From positions 103,368,754 through 103,405,915 of the forward strand of contig NC_057718.1 of assembly GCF_004010195.1 (NCBI RefSeq): a stretch of 37,162 nucleotides of DNA, in the 5' to 3' direction. The first letter of the stretch is position 1. The number at the start of each line of letters is the position of its first letter. The translations under genes were made by a program, and so were the position numbers. This document shows positions 11,785 through 22,844 of this stretch, piece by piece. The notes under the pieces were generated by a model. It was not told the origin of the DNA. It did not search any database and worked only from the letters and a program-made list of their open reading frames with translations. The stretch comes from Chiloscyllium plagiosum. Lineage: Eukaryota.

Positions 11785-13063
11785 AGTCAGCATGGCAAAA
11801 ATAATTTTTATTTTATATTCAGATTTCATGACCGCACACATCTTAAGGAAAACTACTACAACTGACTCAGTTATTTTACAATCCGAACCGTTTCTATCAG
11901 AATAAGACTGTGTGCGATTTTCACTTGCCCCTTGCTTCCTCCGATAGCGAAAAAAAACTGCTGTCCACAAGCATCTGTTCAAACCACGATGAAAGGCATT
12001 AACTCATCCCACTTAGTAAATCTTATGCATGCCATCTCATACCAAACTGCTACTTTTACAAAAAAAATTGCAATAATACATTTAATTATTTCCAGTCCTT
12101 TTTTTTTCTCTCTCGTTTTTCTTTTGCACAACAAAAAAGAATCGTTTTCTATTTACAAGGTGTACATAAATTCTTCCGGTTTGATCGCTTTAAAACGAGT
12201 AACACGCAGGACGATGTTGCTGATGCTCTTTTGTTGTTGTTTAGAAAGAAGGGACAAAGTAACAAAATCAAAACAAAGGGTGTAAACAGACTCGCGGAGA
12301 CAGAGGGAAAAAAGAACTCTTCAACCAGTCCTGGATGGTTTTAAATTGCATCTCACAGAATGTGGCGGATCCTGCATTGTTGGAACGGCCTCTCTCTCTT
12401 GTAAATTCCTGCTACCCCACTCTCCTTAACACACTGTCAGTAACAGCTGATTGATCCCTGTTGATAGCTGCAGCTTTCCCTTCCTACCCGATTTACATCT
12501 GTTCAGGTCAATTCAAATATGGTGAGTAAATGAATTGGACATGCAAATTCAAGCCCTAGGCTAGAGACTGCCTAGTTCGAATTCTGGGAAGGCAGTCTTC
12601 CGCCCCATATACTTTGTGTGTGTGTGTGAAAAATCATGACAATAACAGTTCTCAGTCATTTGCAGGACAATTGTAAGGCTGTGTTTGCACTAAGGAGGCT
12701 CATGGAGGAGGATTGGGGCCTTGGAAACAACACACATAGTGTGGAAGAAAGTTCACATAGTTATTTTTTAATCTATAAGAAACACCATATTATAGGGACA
12801 GTACAATACCATGTACAAGTTATAATTAAAAGTCTTCTCTCTCTCTCTCTCATCATCCTATGTGATTCTACAATAGCATTTAACAGAATGTCAAGTCCCC
12901 AGGAGTTGATGCTCACAAGACGTTGCCTGGTTTCAGGATCCCTGTGAAAGATGTTGTTTCAGATTGGTCCACAGCTGATGTGAAGAACATAGATCCCGTC
13001 TCACTGCTTTCTAATCAGTGTTTGATCGCAAGCCCACCATGGGTGCATGCTATTTCCCTTCAG
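11785..13063 (-). other. MEIS1: Meis 3'UTR (~1.28 kb)
   Basis: Lies between the TAG stop (13064-13066) and the poly(A) region. Contains blocks I recognise from vertebrate MEIS1 3'UTRs (TTCCACACTATGTGTGTTGTTTCCA; GGGCTTGAATTTGCATGTCCAATTCATTTACTCACCATATTTGAATT; GTAAAAGTAGCAGTTTGGTATGAG). The end coordinate is approximate. Confidence 0.8.
11807..11812 (-). terminator. Polyadenylation signal AATAAA
   Basis: Minus strand reads GAAATCTGAATATAAAATAAAAATTATTTTTGCCATGCTGACTTGATTTGTTTGGGG, i.e. the hexamer followed by a U/GU-rich downstream element. Confidence 0.8.
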
Positions 13064-13350
13064 CTATTGAGCATGGATGTCCATGACTTGTCCTCCCATT
13101 GTTGGGTCACCAGGGTTGAGCATTGTGGGGCTAGATGCTGACATTGACATCCCAGGATGGGCTGGTGGTCCTCCATGCAACATCATTGCTGGGTGGTGGG
13201 GGTGTCCAGGAATGTACGAATGCATGGGAGGTCCGTGTCGTAGTTGGGCAGGGTGAGGGGGCATCTGGGGAGGGGTGTAACTTGGCTGTCCCATGCTCAT
13301 ACCCATTGGACCACCCTGTGATACATAATCTCCTGGCATACCTTGCAAAC
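13064..13350 (-). CDS. MEIS1: Meis last exon (exon 13/12b), long 'b-type' C-terminal activation domain (G)LQGMPGDYVSQGG...GGQVMDIHAQ*
   Basis: Acceptor TTTTTTGCAG|GT at 13351/13350, phase 1, matching the upstream exon. The His/Pro/Met-rich Meis C-terminus ending VMDIHAQ is diagnostic. Confidence 0.93.
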
Positions 13351-16015
13351 CTGCAAAAAAGCACATGGAAGCCTTTTAGTGAAACAGCACTGGCTCATCA
13401 CAACCCACCTGCAATATTAACACACAAACTACATCTCAGACAACGATGGAGATATGTAAAACTTGTTGGAAAAATACCTTAATCAATGCACAATGCAAAT
13501 ATGTCCGACTACACTGTTTTTCTGCAAAACAAAGGGCCACTTAAACCAACTCGGAAAAATGACAAGTCTCAAAAAATCTTTTCTGTTTCTTTAAGGGCAA
13601 ACATGACCATGCAGAAAATACATATTGAGAGTAACATTTGTAGTGCGTTCCTCAGTTTGAATGAGTCCCCCATTGTTATATGAAATGCCTGGCTCAATAA
13701 TGCAGTTTCAAAATAAATTTTTAACTCTACCATCCCACTCTGAAAATAATGGAGAATATTGGAACAACAATCCCCCTATTGTTCAAAGACCATTGGTGGG
13801 TTGGGGGAGGGAGGGGGGTCACAGCTATTTAAGGGAGACTTTACTCAGCAATCATTTTTATTGCTGAAAATGGTAAGATTTCGAACTAGGGAAAAGAAAG
13901 GGGGGGAGCAGGAATCATGACCTTGTGAAAAGGTCGAAAAAGTTCTGCTTAGTAATTGGAAGGTGGGTTCTTTAACAAAGGCCTCCCAGAGAGCCAGGGT
14001 GGGGGGGCGAGTGCTGGGCAGGCACAGTCGGGGTCACTGACCATGCCGAATAAACCATACCTGCAAGGCCTGATTGGTCATCGTCAGCAAATCAATAATG
14101 CTCATGAATTAAATCTCTCTCTGTGATCACTAATGTCTGAAAAGCGGAATTCAAATTCGGTGGGGGGGGCACCTTCAGCCGGGTTTGGATGGAAACAGAA
14201 AGAGAAATTAAGGCCTAAAACAATAGGCCTCCTACTCTCTGTGGGTCTCTACATTCTGCATGGGTTGTCATGGTTGATGGGAACTGACAGGTGTATTGTT
14301 CCTAAGAGCTATAAGCTCTATAATCGTCAGGGATTGGAAAGCATGGCACTCTCGCTAAGTACGTTCAATTGGCTTCCCCTCCGAGTAATATGGCTCTATG
14401 ACTGCTACATACACCTTGGATTCAGGTCTTCAGTATGAACAGCAAACGGCTGCTTAATCTAGCCTAAAGGAACAATTGTGAGCTAATGAAAATTGCTTAT
14501 AAAATATACTGTACCCACAGCTCCATAATCAAATAAGCCGATAATATTTTTGTAATAACCTATTAATTTAATTGGTCATGAAGCATATAATACATCATTT
14601 AAATTTAATTGACCTAGAAACTAAGAAACAATATTTAAATTAGCCAAGCTCGGAATTTTCATTCTGAGGTAATAAGTCTATTGCATTCCTCAGCTCAATG
14701 GAATTTTTTTCACAGCTAATTGTCAGCTAACAGGCTGATCTTTGATTCCATGCGAAGCACATATCTAGAATTCGCTTGGCCTTGATATCATTAAAACGGG
14801 CATCGCCACATGAGAGAGGACAATCCGAACAGAGTGCTTTCACTTCAGAAAACAAACTTGGAGGACATCAATTAGTGGCAACCCTTTAAGGAGCAGTGGC
14901 GGAAGGGAATGTGCCCTTCTCTTTATGTTACCGTTGCTTGATGTGGTTTGGTGTTTAAACAGGACTGCTTACTCTGAGAATACACCACACACACACACAC
15001 CAAAATGGTTAGTTTAATTAAAACAAAAGGAGAATAATGCTCATTTATCATCAAGGGCAAGGGCAGTAGAACTCAGCAAGCTCACAGGCTTGGCTTTACT
15101 GGGCCCAACCATTCAGGATTGCATTAATGATCTCTATTTGTGATTACTCAAAAAGTCAAATCCATTTGTCACACTGCACGTGATGGCATACTTAATTTGG
15201 ATGTGTGCAATTAGTCTTAGCTGAACTCCATACATTGCTGCAACCTCCTCCATTTTGACTAGCTTTTCTAAAAAAAATAAAATTCTGTAACCCAAAATAA
15301 TGCTTTTACGAGTGGCTGGATATTTTAAACAAACCAAATTGTGATAAATCGTGGCCCTTATTGAATATGGAGGAATTGGTCTCAATTCGAATTATATTCA
15401 AAGCGCCTGTTTTCTTTTGCTGTAGGAACACTGTTCGATTGCCTTTTTGGTGTCTCCCAGGTTAGTGTATAAATGTAACTCATGCATCAACTGTGGCTAG
15501 ACAGATTTATGACACTTTGGGGACATGCTCTTTCCTCTCCTCGCACTGCTGCAGACTGCTTACATTTTGCCAATCAGTCTGTTGCTATGGCGACACACTC
15601 CCCCCTCTGGCTGGTTCTTGTTTTTTTTGTTATGTGGCTAACTCCGTGTTACTGTGCACAGTTGCAGATAACAGAATCAGGCACAAATGCTCCCCTAGTT
15701 ATGTACACATGTATGTATGTGTGTTGAGTGTGTGAGTTAGTGTGTGTCTGTGTGCATACACATATACAAACATGCACATTTTTCAATAGATTTTATGTCA
15801 CTGACAGTGAAGTCAAGCATTCACAACTAGGAGAGAGAAAACAGATGGCCTAAGAACAGTTTGGAAAAAAAAGTGAATGCAGCATGAAGTTATGGGCAGG
15901 AACAGCAAAAAAAAATGTATGAAGGAAAAAAATCTCCTAGAACAAGATGTAAAAACAAAGTCCCTAATTGGTACTTACTTCCCCCTGGCTTTGCGATTGG
16001 TTACCTAGCTGAAGG

Positions 16016-16074
16016 TTACATGTAGTGCCATTGCCCCTCCATGCCTATATTCATGCCCAATCCACTCATAGGTC
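16016..16074 (-). CDS. MEIS1: Meis alternative exon 12 (12a; exon spans 15979-16074, 96 nt), short 'a-type' C-terminus (G)[18 protein letters not shown]
   Basis: Acceptor CTTTCTAG|GA at 16075/16074, TAA at 16016-16018, donor GAA|GTAAGT at 15979/15978. The GQWHYM* end is diagnostic. Too short to appear in the ORF track. Confidence 0.93.
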
Positions 16075-16417
16075 CTAGAAAGGAGATAAAAATCCAAGAA
16101 GATGCCAGAAAATGAGCAAAGTCAAAAAAAAACAGATAGCGCTAAAAAAGACCCTATTCTTTTGTTAAACACCAGGATCGTAGGGTCGAGCGGGGTAATT
16201 GGATCCTGCAACAGGAGAAATCATTCTCCTCCTCTTTTTTTAAATCATTAGGTGCATAGAAGACAGGCAAGGCAAGGCAGGCAGTTTGAAGTGCAGCAAA
16301 AGATGAGGGTGATAATCCTGATGAGCACTCTGAATGGTGTGGAATGAAGATGTAAACACTGGTGAGCAATGAGAAGGGAGTATGAAGGAATACACGCTGT
16401 ACAATGTGAACACCTAC

Positions 16418-16507
16418 CAGGGGGCCGGATACCCATATGCTGCTGTCCGTCCATCACAAAACCTCCCATCGGCTGACCGTCTGGGTTGTAGGGTGCACCT
16501 TGGCTCA
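16418..16507 (-). CDS. MEIS1: Meis exon 11 (90 nt): (V)[29 protein letters not shown](G)
   Basis: Acceptor TCCTCAG|TG at 16508/16507, donor CTG|GTAGGT at 16418/16417, phase 1-1. The peptide matches the post-homeodomain region of Meis1. Confidence 0.95.
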
Positions 16508-17289
16508 CTGAGGATTAAGAACAAGTCTGGATATCATTTTCTGTCGACAGCATTCAGGTCTGATTCAAACACTGGAACACCTTGCCTGACGAGGCTTCAT
16601 AATACAAAGCATATGAACGGAGTTTCAACTCCACTGAGTCATTTCTCACACAACCATTTGAAAGAGGAATGAAAATACTTGCCTGACTGATGTAATCTGG
16701 CCGAGAGCACTTGACCGTATGTGCTCACTTTCATTTCAAATGCTAAACGGATTATTATTAACTTTTATTTTCATTAATTACTGCTTCGTACAGGTACTGG
16801 ATATTTATGTTAGTCTAACAAGGAGAAAGCTGTTTATGTTCTGCTAGCAATGGTGCTAACTCATTTGTATCTTGTACATTTCCCTATTTGCAATGAGTTT
16901 GCTCAGAAGCTGGTGTTAGCTAAAAACAAAATGGAAGATTCCGAAAGGTCTTTGACTGCTTTTTTTTTGGCAGAGTTACCACTAATTACTTTAAGAATAG
17001 ATACCACATCTGCTCCGTACTCTTTTGTGCGATATCTTCGCTATTATTTTATCTTCAGGAGCAGTCAGGAAACTTTGTGTTAGCCAGGACCCAGGAAGTG
17101 ACCCTTTGCTTCTTGCAGTTGGAAAATCTGACACAGGATGGTAAAACCGGCCTTGAAAATTTCCTGTGGGTACAGTTCCAGAACAATTAAAAATAAAGTA
17201 CCCTTTCTGTTCAGCAGGTGGATTTTTCTTGCTTTCCGTGGAATCATCACAAGATACAACACAGACAGGCAAAACTAGGCCAACCCTGC

Positions 17290-17760
17290 CTTTGACAGAG
17301 ACATCCAATTAATTCCATTCTCCTGCTCTTTCCACACAGCCCTCAACATTCTTCCCTTCAACTACTTATCCAAATTGCTTTTGAAAGTCAATCTGTTTCC
17401 ATCACCAGCTCATTTCACGACACAACTTACTGCATTAAGAAAAAATCAAGGTTTCCTTGGGTCACATTGCTTTCTTGTGCCAATTACCTGAAATCTATTT
17501 GCGCTGGTTGCTGATCATCTTGTCACCAGAGACAGTATCTCCTTAAAACCCCCATAATTTTGAAGATGGCTACTAAATCGTCCTTTGACCTTTGTCGAAG
17601 GACAACAAGGCCTGGCTTCTCCAGTGCTTGCACATCATTGAGGTCCCTCAGCCTTGGCACCATCTTTAGAAAATGCTGCCTGTGTCTTCCCTAAGGCTTG
17701 ATCACCTTCGCAACGCACGGTGTGCTGAATTGGACACAACACTACAGTCTAACTAGTGAC
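17290..17760 (-). mobile_element. Highly decayed CR1-like LINE 3' fragment
   Basis: Reverse-oriented CR1-like 3' motifs (ttctcctgctctttcc...ttatccaaattgcttttgaaagt; gtgctgaattggacacaacactacag). Confidence 0.55.
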
Positions 17761-19104
17761 TTCAAATGGCTTTGCCTTATATTTTTGCTTGTGCTTTCTC
17801 TCCCTTGTGATATGATTTTAAAGCACGATAGTTTGTTTTTCAAAGAGAACTGTAGAGCTTCTTTGGTTTGCACAGTCTTCCCTGTCATCAGCTGCTTAAA
17901 GGACCAAAGGTCAATATGTAGTTCCAGCAGAGGTGCTAGACACTGTAGAAAAATGCCAAAAGTCTATGAGAACAATGGCTTCATTGTCCGTATTTTCAAA
18001 TTGTGAAGCATCAGTTCTTTTTTAAAGATTAGAGATTAAAGATGCCTTGTAACGAAACCAGCAACACGATTATAAAGATCAAGGCTATGCCTTAGACACA
18101 CAAAGCACGTGGAGCTAATCTGCACACATTCTGTCCAAGTTTCAAACTGTCCTGCTATTAAAACCGTTCAGCTGGAGAATTCCACTCCATGGAATTCCAA
18201 GGCCCCGGGTTAAAATGACTGCCATTTTAGACAAGAAGGTGGTTGAATGGTTTTGCCGTTAGATGGTTACAGTGGAGGTCACGGCCAAAGCTCAAGGCAA
18301 AATGACACTACATCACCTCTTAAATATCATCATGGCCATACTGATAATTCCTTTCTGAACCCAGTGGAGTGGGAGTTAGGTGAAGGAGATCATCATTGCT
18401 GCAATGCGGTTAAATGTTCATAAATGCCATATTAACCTAGTCCTTTTTTATTGCATTGTTCTGTTTCTCCCTGTGCCAGCCCTGTTAGACCATCTTCCTT
18501 CTGTGTTTGAGAAGCCTAGCAAGGACACGATGCTCCACTGATATCACTCTCCAGCGAGCAGCTCAGAGATCTAGAACCATGGCTCAGCCACGAATTTCCT
18601 TGCACCCTTCCATCCCCACCTGGGAGACACCTCCACTCAACTCAGAGACGTCACACTCATCCACTCACCAACATTACACTCATTCACTCAGTAATGTCAC
18701 ACTCATCCGCTCAGAGATGTGTATGTCACATGTGCCTCGTGCTAACCATGAGAGGGTGTGAACAGTTATTGGGTTAGGAACTTGTTGATCATAGTACAGC
18801 TGCTCATGGTTTAGCTGAAGGGTTCACGAAAACAAAAATCGAGGAAGTTTCAATGAACTAAGAATCTGCAACTACAACAGGGTCATGTGAGCAAAGAAAT
18901 ATGGGATCCCCTTCTAAATCTTTCATCTCTCTCTCTCTCTCCTTTCCTTTCTGATCTTCGTCAAAACCCATCTCTCTCACCTGTCCTTTTTCAGGCTCAG
19001 TGTCAAATTTTGTTTGATAATGCTCTTAAAAGTATCTTGAGGTGGTTTAGGAAGGTGCCACACAAATGCAAAATCTTTTTGTGAAAGAATAAACAAAGGC
19101 GCCC

Positions 19105-19560
19105 AATTATATAGCACTTTTAATAATCACCAATGTCACATGGTGCTTTACATCCAATGAACTGCTTCTGAAGTGCAGTCACTTGTTTTAGGGAAATCAG
19201 ACCTCAATTCATGTGAAGCAAGCTCCCACATGCCAACATGAGAAAGACTCAATGACCTGTTTTTTCTAAGTAGTGATTCAAGAAATAAACATTGACTTGA
19301 ACACCAGGGATAAATCCTTGGATGCTGCCTGAACTGCTGTGCTCTTCCAGCACCACTAATCCAGAACCAGGGATAAATCGCCTTCTCTTTTGCAAAAGAG
19401 TGCCTTGGAATTGTTAAAGCCCACCTGAGGCAACTTTGGACCTCAGTTTATCAACTCAGACAATCGACAGTATTCCGACAGGCAGCACTCCTTCCCTGCC
19501 GGATTTTCTGTCAGATTTCTCTGTTCAATTTTACAAGTGGGGCATGAACCTGCACCCGTG
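19105..19560 (-). mobile_element. Deu-domain SINE (SacSINE1/AmnSINE1-related), decayed
   Basis: gctttacatccaatgaactgcttctgaagtgcagtcac...agcaagctcccaca...ccacctgag...cctcagtttatc...cagcactcc, the reverse complement of a DeuSINE body and tail. Confidence 0.7.
19317..19365 (+). mobile_element. 49-bp Penelope-like element fragment with a 14-bp target-site duplication
   Basis: ACCAGGGATAAATC at 19303-19316 and 19366-19379 flanks cttggatgctgcctgaactgctgtgctcttccagcaccactaatccaga, homologous to the 30620-30665 element. Confidence 0.75.
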
Positions 19561-20099
19561 TAAGAGACAAGATTAATATTCCACTTTCCACTCCACTTTC
19601 CAAAGTCTGATGATCAGTCGGCGATGTAGGGATTTTATTTTGCAAATTGTGCCCTGATTGTAACACATTAGTGGAGAGTGTGCCGTTGAATTCACTAACA
19701 AGTGACTTGTTGTAACGAACGGTGGTGATGCCCTGACAAAAATGCTAAAGTTTAATAGCAAGGTTCGATATATAATTTTTGGTGGATAACTTTCCATGAT
19801 GATTGTAACATGAAAAGTGCTTGAATATCCAAAAATATCTTATTCAATGCATTTTTTTTCTTTCTGCTCAAAGGCAGATTTACTTTAGTTTGCAATATTT
19901 AATTAGATTGACACATATGTACATCATACATCAGAAAATGAACCATGTACATCATGAAACACTTTTAGTGTAAATCAGTCTTTTGAGCTATTGAAAGCTG
20001 GCAAGACTGGTGAAGACTCTATGGGCTGACGGGCCTAATTCTGTGCTGCAAACCTCTAAGACTACTGGAATATTCCTTTTGACTAATAATAAATGATAA

Positions 20100-20262
20100 G
20101 TACGAACAAACTACTGGAAATTATCAGCAGGTCTGTGGAGGCAGACAGAAACAACATCAATAACATTCCATTGCGACCCCTAAAATGTTAACTCCCACTG
20201 GTGTGTATTTCCAGCAGTTTCCACTTTTATTCTGCATTTTCAGCCCCCACAGTACTTTGTTT
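20100..20262. mobile_element. Decayed Penelope-like inverted-repeat (hairpin) element
   Basis: ctggaaattatcagcaggtct...aaatgttaactc...tatttccagcagttt; same family as 24640 and 33048. Confidence 0.55.
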
Positions 20263-20699
20263 AATTGTATGTAAATAGGTAGATATGTGAACTGTAACAG
20301 TAGGCTAAATTAGATACATTTATTCTTTTGAATTCACTAATTAGAAAGGAACCCCGTTGTCCAGGTAAAGCGCCCAGAAGAGTTTGAATCTCATTTTGTT
20401 CCACATGCAATCAGTGCGCTGGTGGCAGCCCTTGATATGAGTTATGTTTTTCACAAAGCAAATGACACCTTTGTGCTAAATACTAAAAAATACAGCAATA
20501 GTGTAATGTTCTGACTGTGACTTACAAAGATGAGAATGCCCTTTTAATGAATTATGAAGTGCTAAATGACTTGACTATGCCCATTATCACACTGAGAACT
20601 GCATTAATGTTAAAGCAGAAAAGAAGGCATATTAGATGTATCCCTTGACAAGAGGCATAAGAAATATTGGAACTAAGTTGAGATAGACTGTCTCCAAAC

Positions 20700-21940
20700 C
20701 ATAGAATAGTACAGTGCAGCACAAAAAGGAGCATATTCAACTCATCGATTCTGCACTGGCTTTTTATGAACGTACAAATTAGAAGTAGATATAGGCAATT
20801 TGACCCTTCCATCATACTCTGCTTTTCAATAAGATTGTGACTGATCTGCCTGCGTTCTAAATTCCACATTCCCATCTAACATTGACAACCTTCCCAAGAA
20901 TCAATCCAACACTGTCTTACAAATATTTGCTGACTTCCTCGACCACCACCACCATTTCCTGAGGGAGGGACTTCCAATACTGCACAGCCCTCTCAGAGGA
21001 AAAAAAAACTCCCCCTCATCTCTGACTTAAAGGGTTCACCGCTAATTTTAAAATAGTGTCCCCTAGTTTCAGACTAATCCACAAGAGGAAACATCCTTTC
21101 CACATGCATCTTGTCAGGAGCATTCAGGATCTCATACACTTCAATCAAATCACCCCGGTGAAAACAAGCCCAGACGGTCCAACCTTTCCTCATAAGACAA
21201 CCCACTCATTCCATGTCTCAATCTGGGTAACCACCTCTGAACCGCCTCCAATACATCTACATCCTTAGAAAGGAGACCCAAACTGCACAAAGTGTTCACG
21301 ATGTGATCTCACTAATGCCCTGTAAGATCCAATTATGTTCATTTCCTCTTGTAACAAAATATAACATCCCATCAACCTTTCAAATCACTTGCTGTAGTTG
21401 AATTCTAACTTTTTGTGATTCATGAACTAGAACACTTAGATTCCTCTGTACCTCAGAATTTTGCAGTGCTTTTCCATTTAAATTACAGTCTGATATTTTA
21501 TCCTTTCTGCCAAACTGAATGACTTCACATATACTGTCAAAGCTTTGTCCATTTACTTAACCAATCTATTACTGTCCTCACCCTTGCTGTAGCATCTTCA
21601 CAACATGTTTTCTGACCCACCTTTGTGTCATCTGCAAATTGTGTCATCATGCCTTCAATCTCCTCATTTAAGTCAGTCATATACACTGTAAAAGGTTGAG
21701 GGCTCAGCCCAGACCCCCATGGGAACCCACTCACCATCTCTTAGCAATCAGAAGATGACCCATTCCTGCACAGTCCCCGCTTTTCTGCCAGCTAGCCAAT
21801 TGTCTAAACACGTTGGTATAGTATACTCTATACCACGACATCCAGCTTTGCATAACAACATTCTGAGAGTGTAAGTACATCAATGACAATTTCCCTTTCA
21901 CAAAACCCATGTTGATTCGTCCTGATTTGCTTGGGTTTTT
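20700..21940 (-). mobile_element. CR1 LINE (RT domain to 3' end), decayed
   Basis: ORF 21537-21737 reads SGFPWGSGLSPQPFTVYMTDLNEEIEGMMTQFADDTKVG, the RT 'FADDTK' motif. CR1 3' tail near 20780-20830. Confidence 0.85.
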
Positions 21941-21944
21941 GATT

Positions 21945-22312
21945 ACTTATAACATCCTAACAGGACTAGACAGGATAAATGCAGGAAGGATATTCTCAAT
22001 GACTAGCGAGTCCAGAACTCGGGGTCCATTTTAAGGTCACGGAGCAGGCCATTTCGGACTGTGATGAGGAGAAATGTCTTCACCCAGAGAGTGGGGAGCC
22101 TGTGGAATACGCTGCCACAGAAAGACCAGAACATTGAATGTTTTCAAGAAGGAGTTAGATATAGATCTTATGGCTAAAGAATCCAATGATTTGGGGAGAA
22201 AGTAGCAACAGGAACTGAGCTAGATGATCTACCATGATCATGTTTAATGGGGGAGGAAATTCAAGGGGCTGAACAGCCTACTCCTGCTCCTATTTTCTAC
22301 GTTTCCATGTTT
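21945..22312 (+). mobile_element. CR1 3' fragment nested in opposite orientation inside the minus-strand CR1
   Basis: acaggactagacaggataaatgcagg...aggagaaatgtcttcacccagagagtgg...ggggctgaacagcctactcctgctcctattttct. Confidence 0.8.
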
Positions 22313-22690
22313 GTCCAAGTGCCCAGTTATAATCGCCTCAGTAGTTGATTCTAACACCTTTCCCATGACAGATGTCAAACTAACTGGGCTATAGACTCCT
22401 GTTTTCTGCCTCACTCCCTCTTTGAACAGAGGGGTTATATTTGCTACTTTCCAGTCTGATGGAACCTTTCCAGAATCAAATGAATTTTGTAATATTAGTA
22501 TTAGCATTAACATTAATTATTTGTAAACATTTGTAATATCAACATTAATATTAACACCAATGCTCCTACCACCTCATTAGCAATCTCCTTTAAGACTCTT
22601 AGATGAAGGCCATCTGGACTCAGAGATTTACATTCCACACCTGCATCACTTTGCTTTGTGCTGCTGACTATAGTTTCATAAGCTCCTCTC
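22313..22690 (-). mobile_element. Upstream continuation of the minus-strand CR1 ORF2
   Basis: ORF 22244-22513 reads SFDSGKVPSDWKVANITPLFKEGVRQKTGVYSPVSLTSVMGKVLES, a CR1 RT N-terminal motif. Confidence 0.85.
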
Positions 22691-22844
22691 TTCCTTCCTC
22701 CTCATTTGCTGTTTGAATCGGGAAAGTTTCTCAATTCTCTATAGTCAAAGGTTGTGAAAGGTCCTTGCGGCGTCTGGGAGATCTAGGCCTATATTACCAG
22801 AGCCTGTGTCTATCCCCTAAAAAGCTGAGTTTGTTCTATTTGCC

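Noticed and set aside
13351..13366. ORF-track start MCFFA for the 13064-13366 ORF, and the RCSHCT... extension of 16248-16508
   Set aside because: These are intronic read-through past splice sites; the true exon limits are 13350 and 16418.
12923..13482. Plus-strand ORFs overlapping the Meis last exon
   Set aside because: Antisense shadow ORFs of GC-rich coding sequence with no independent support.
16508..16540. In-frame 33-nt upstream acceptor (GACAG|AAAATG...)
   Set aside because: It introduces an in-frame TAA and has a poor polypyrimidine tract.
20700..22690. Intact or domesticated reverse transcriptase gene
   Set aside because: Only short interrupted RT motifs with stops, deletions and a nested insertion; a dead CR1.
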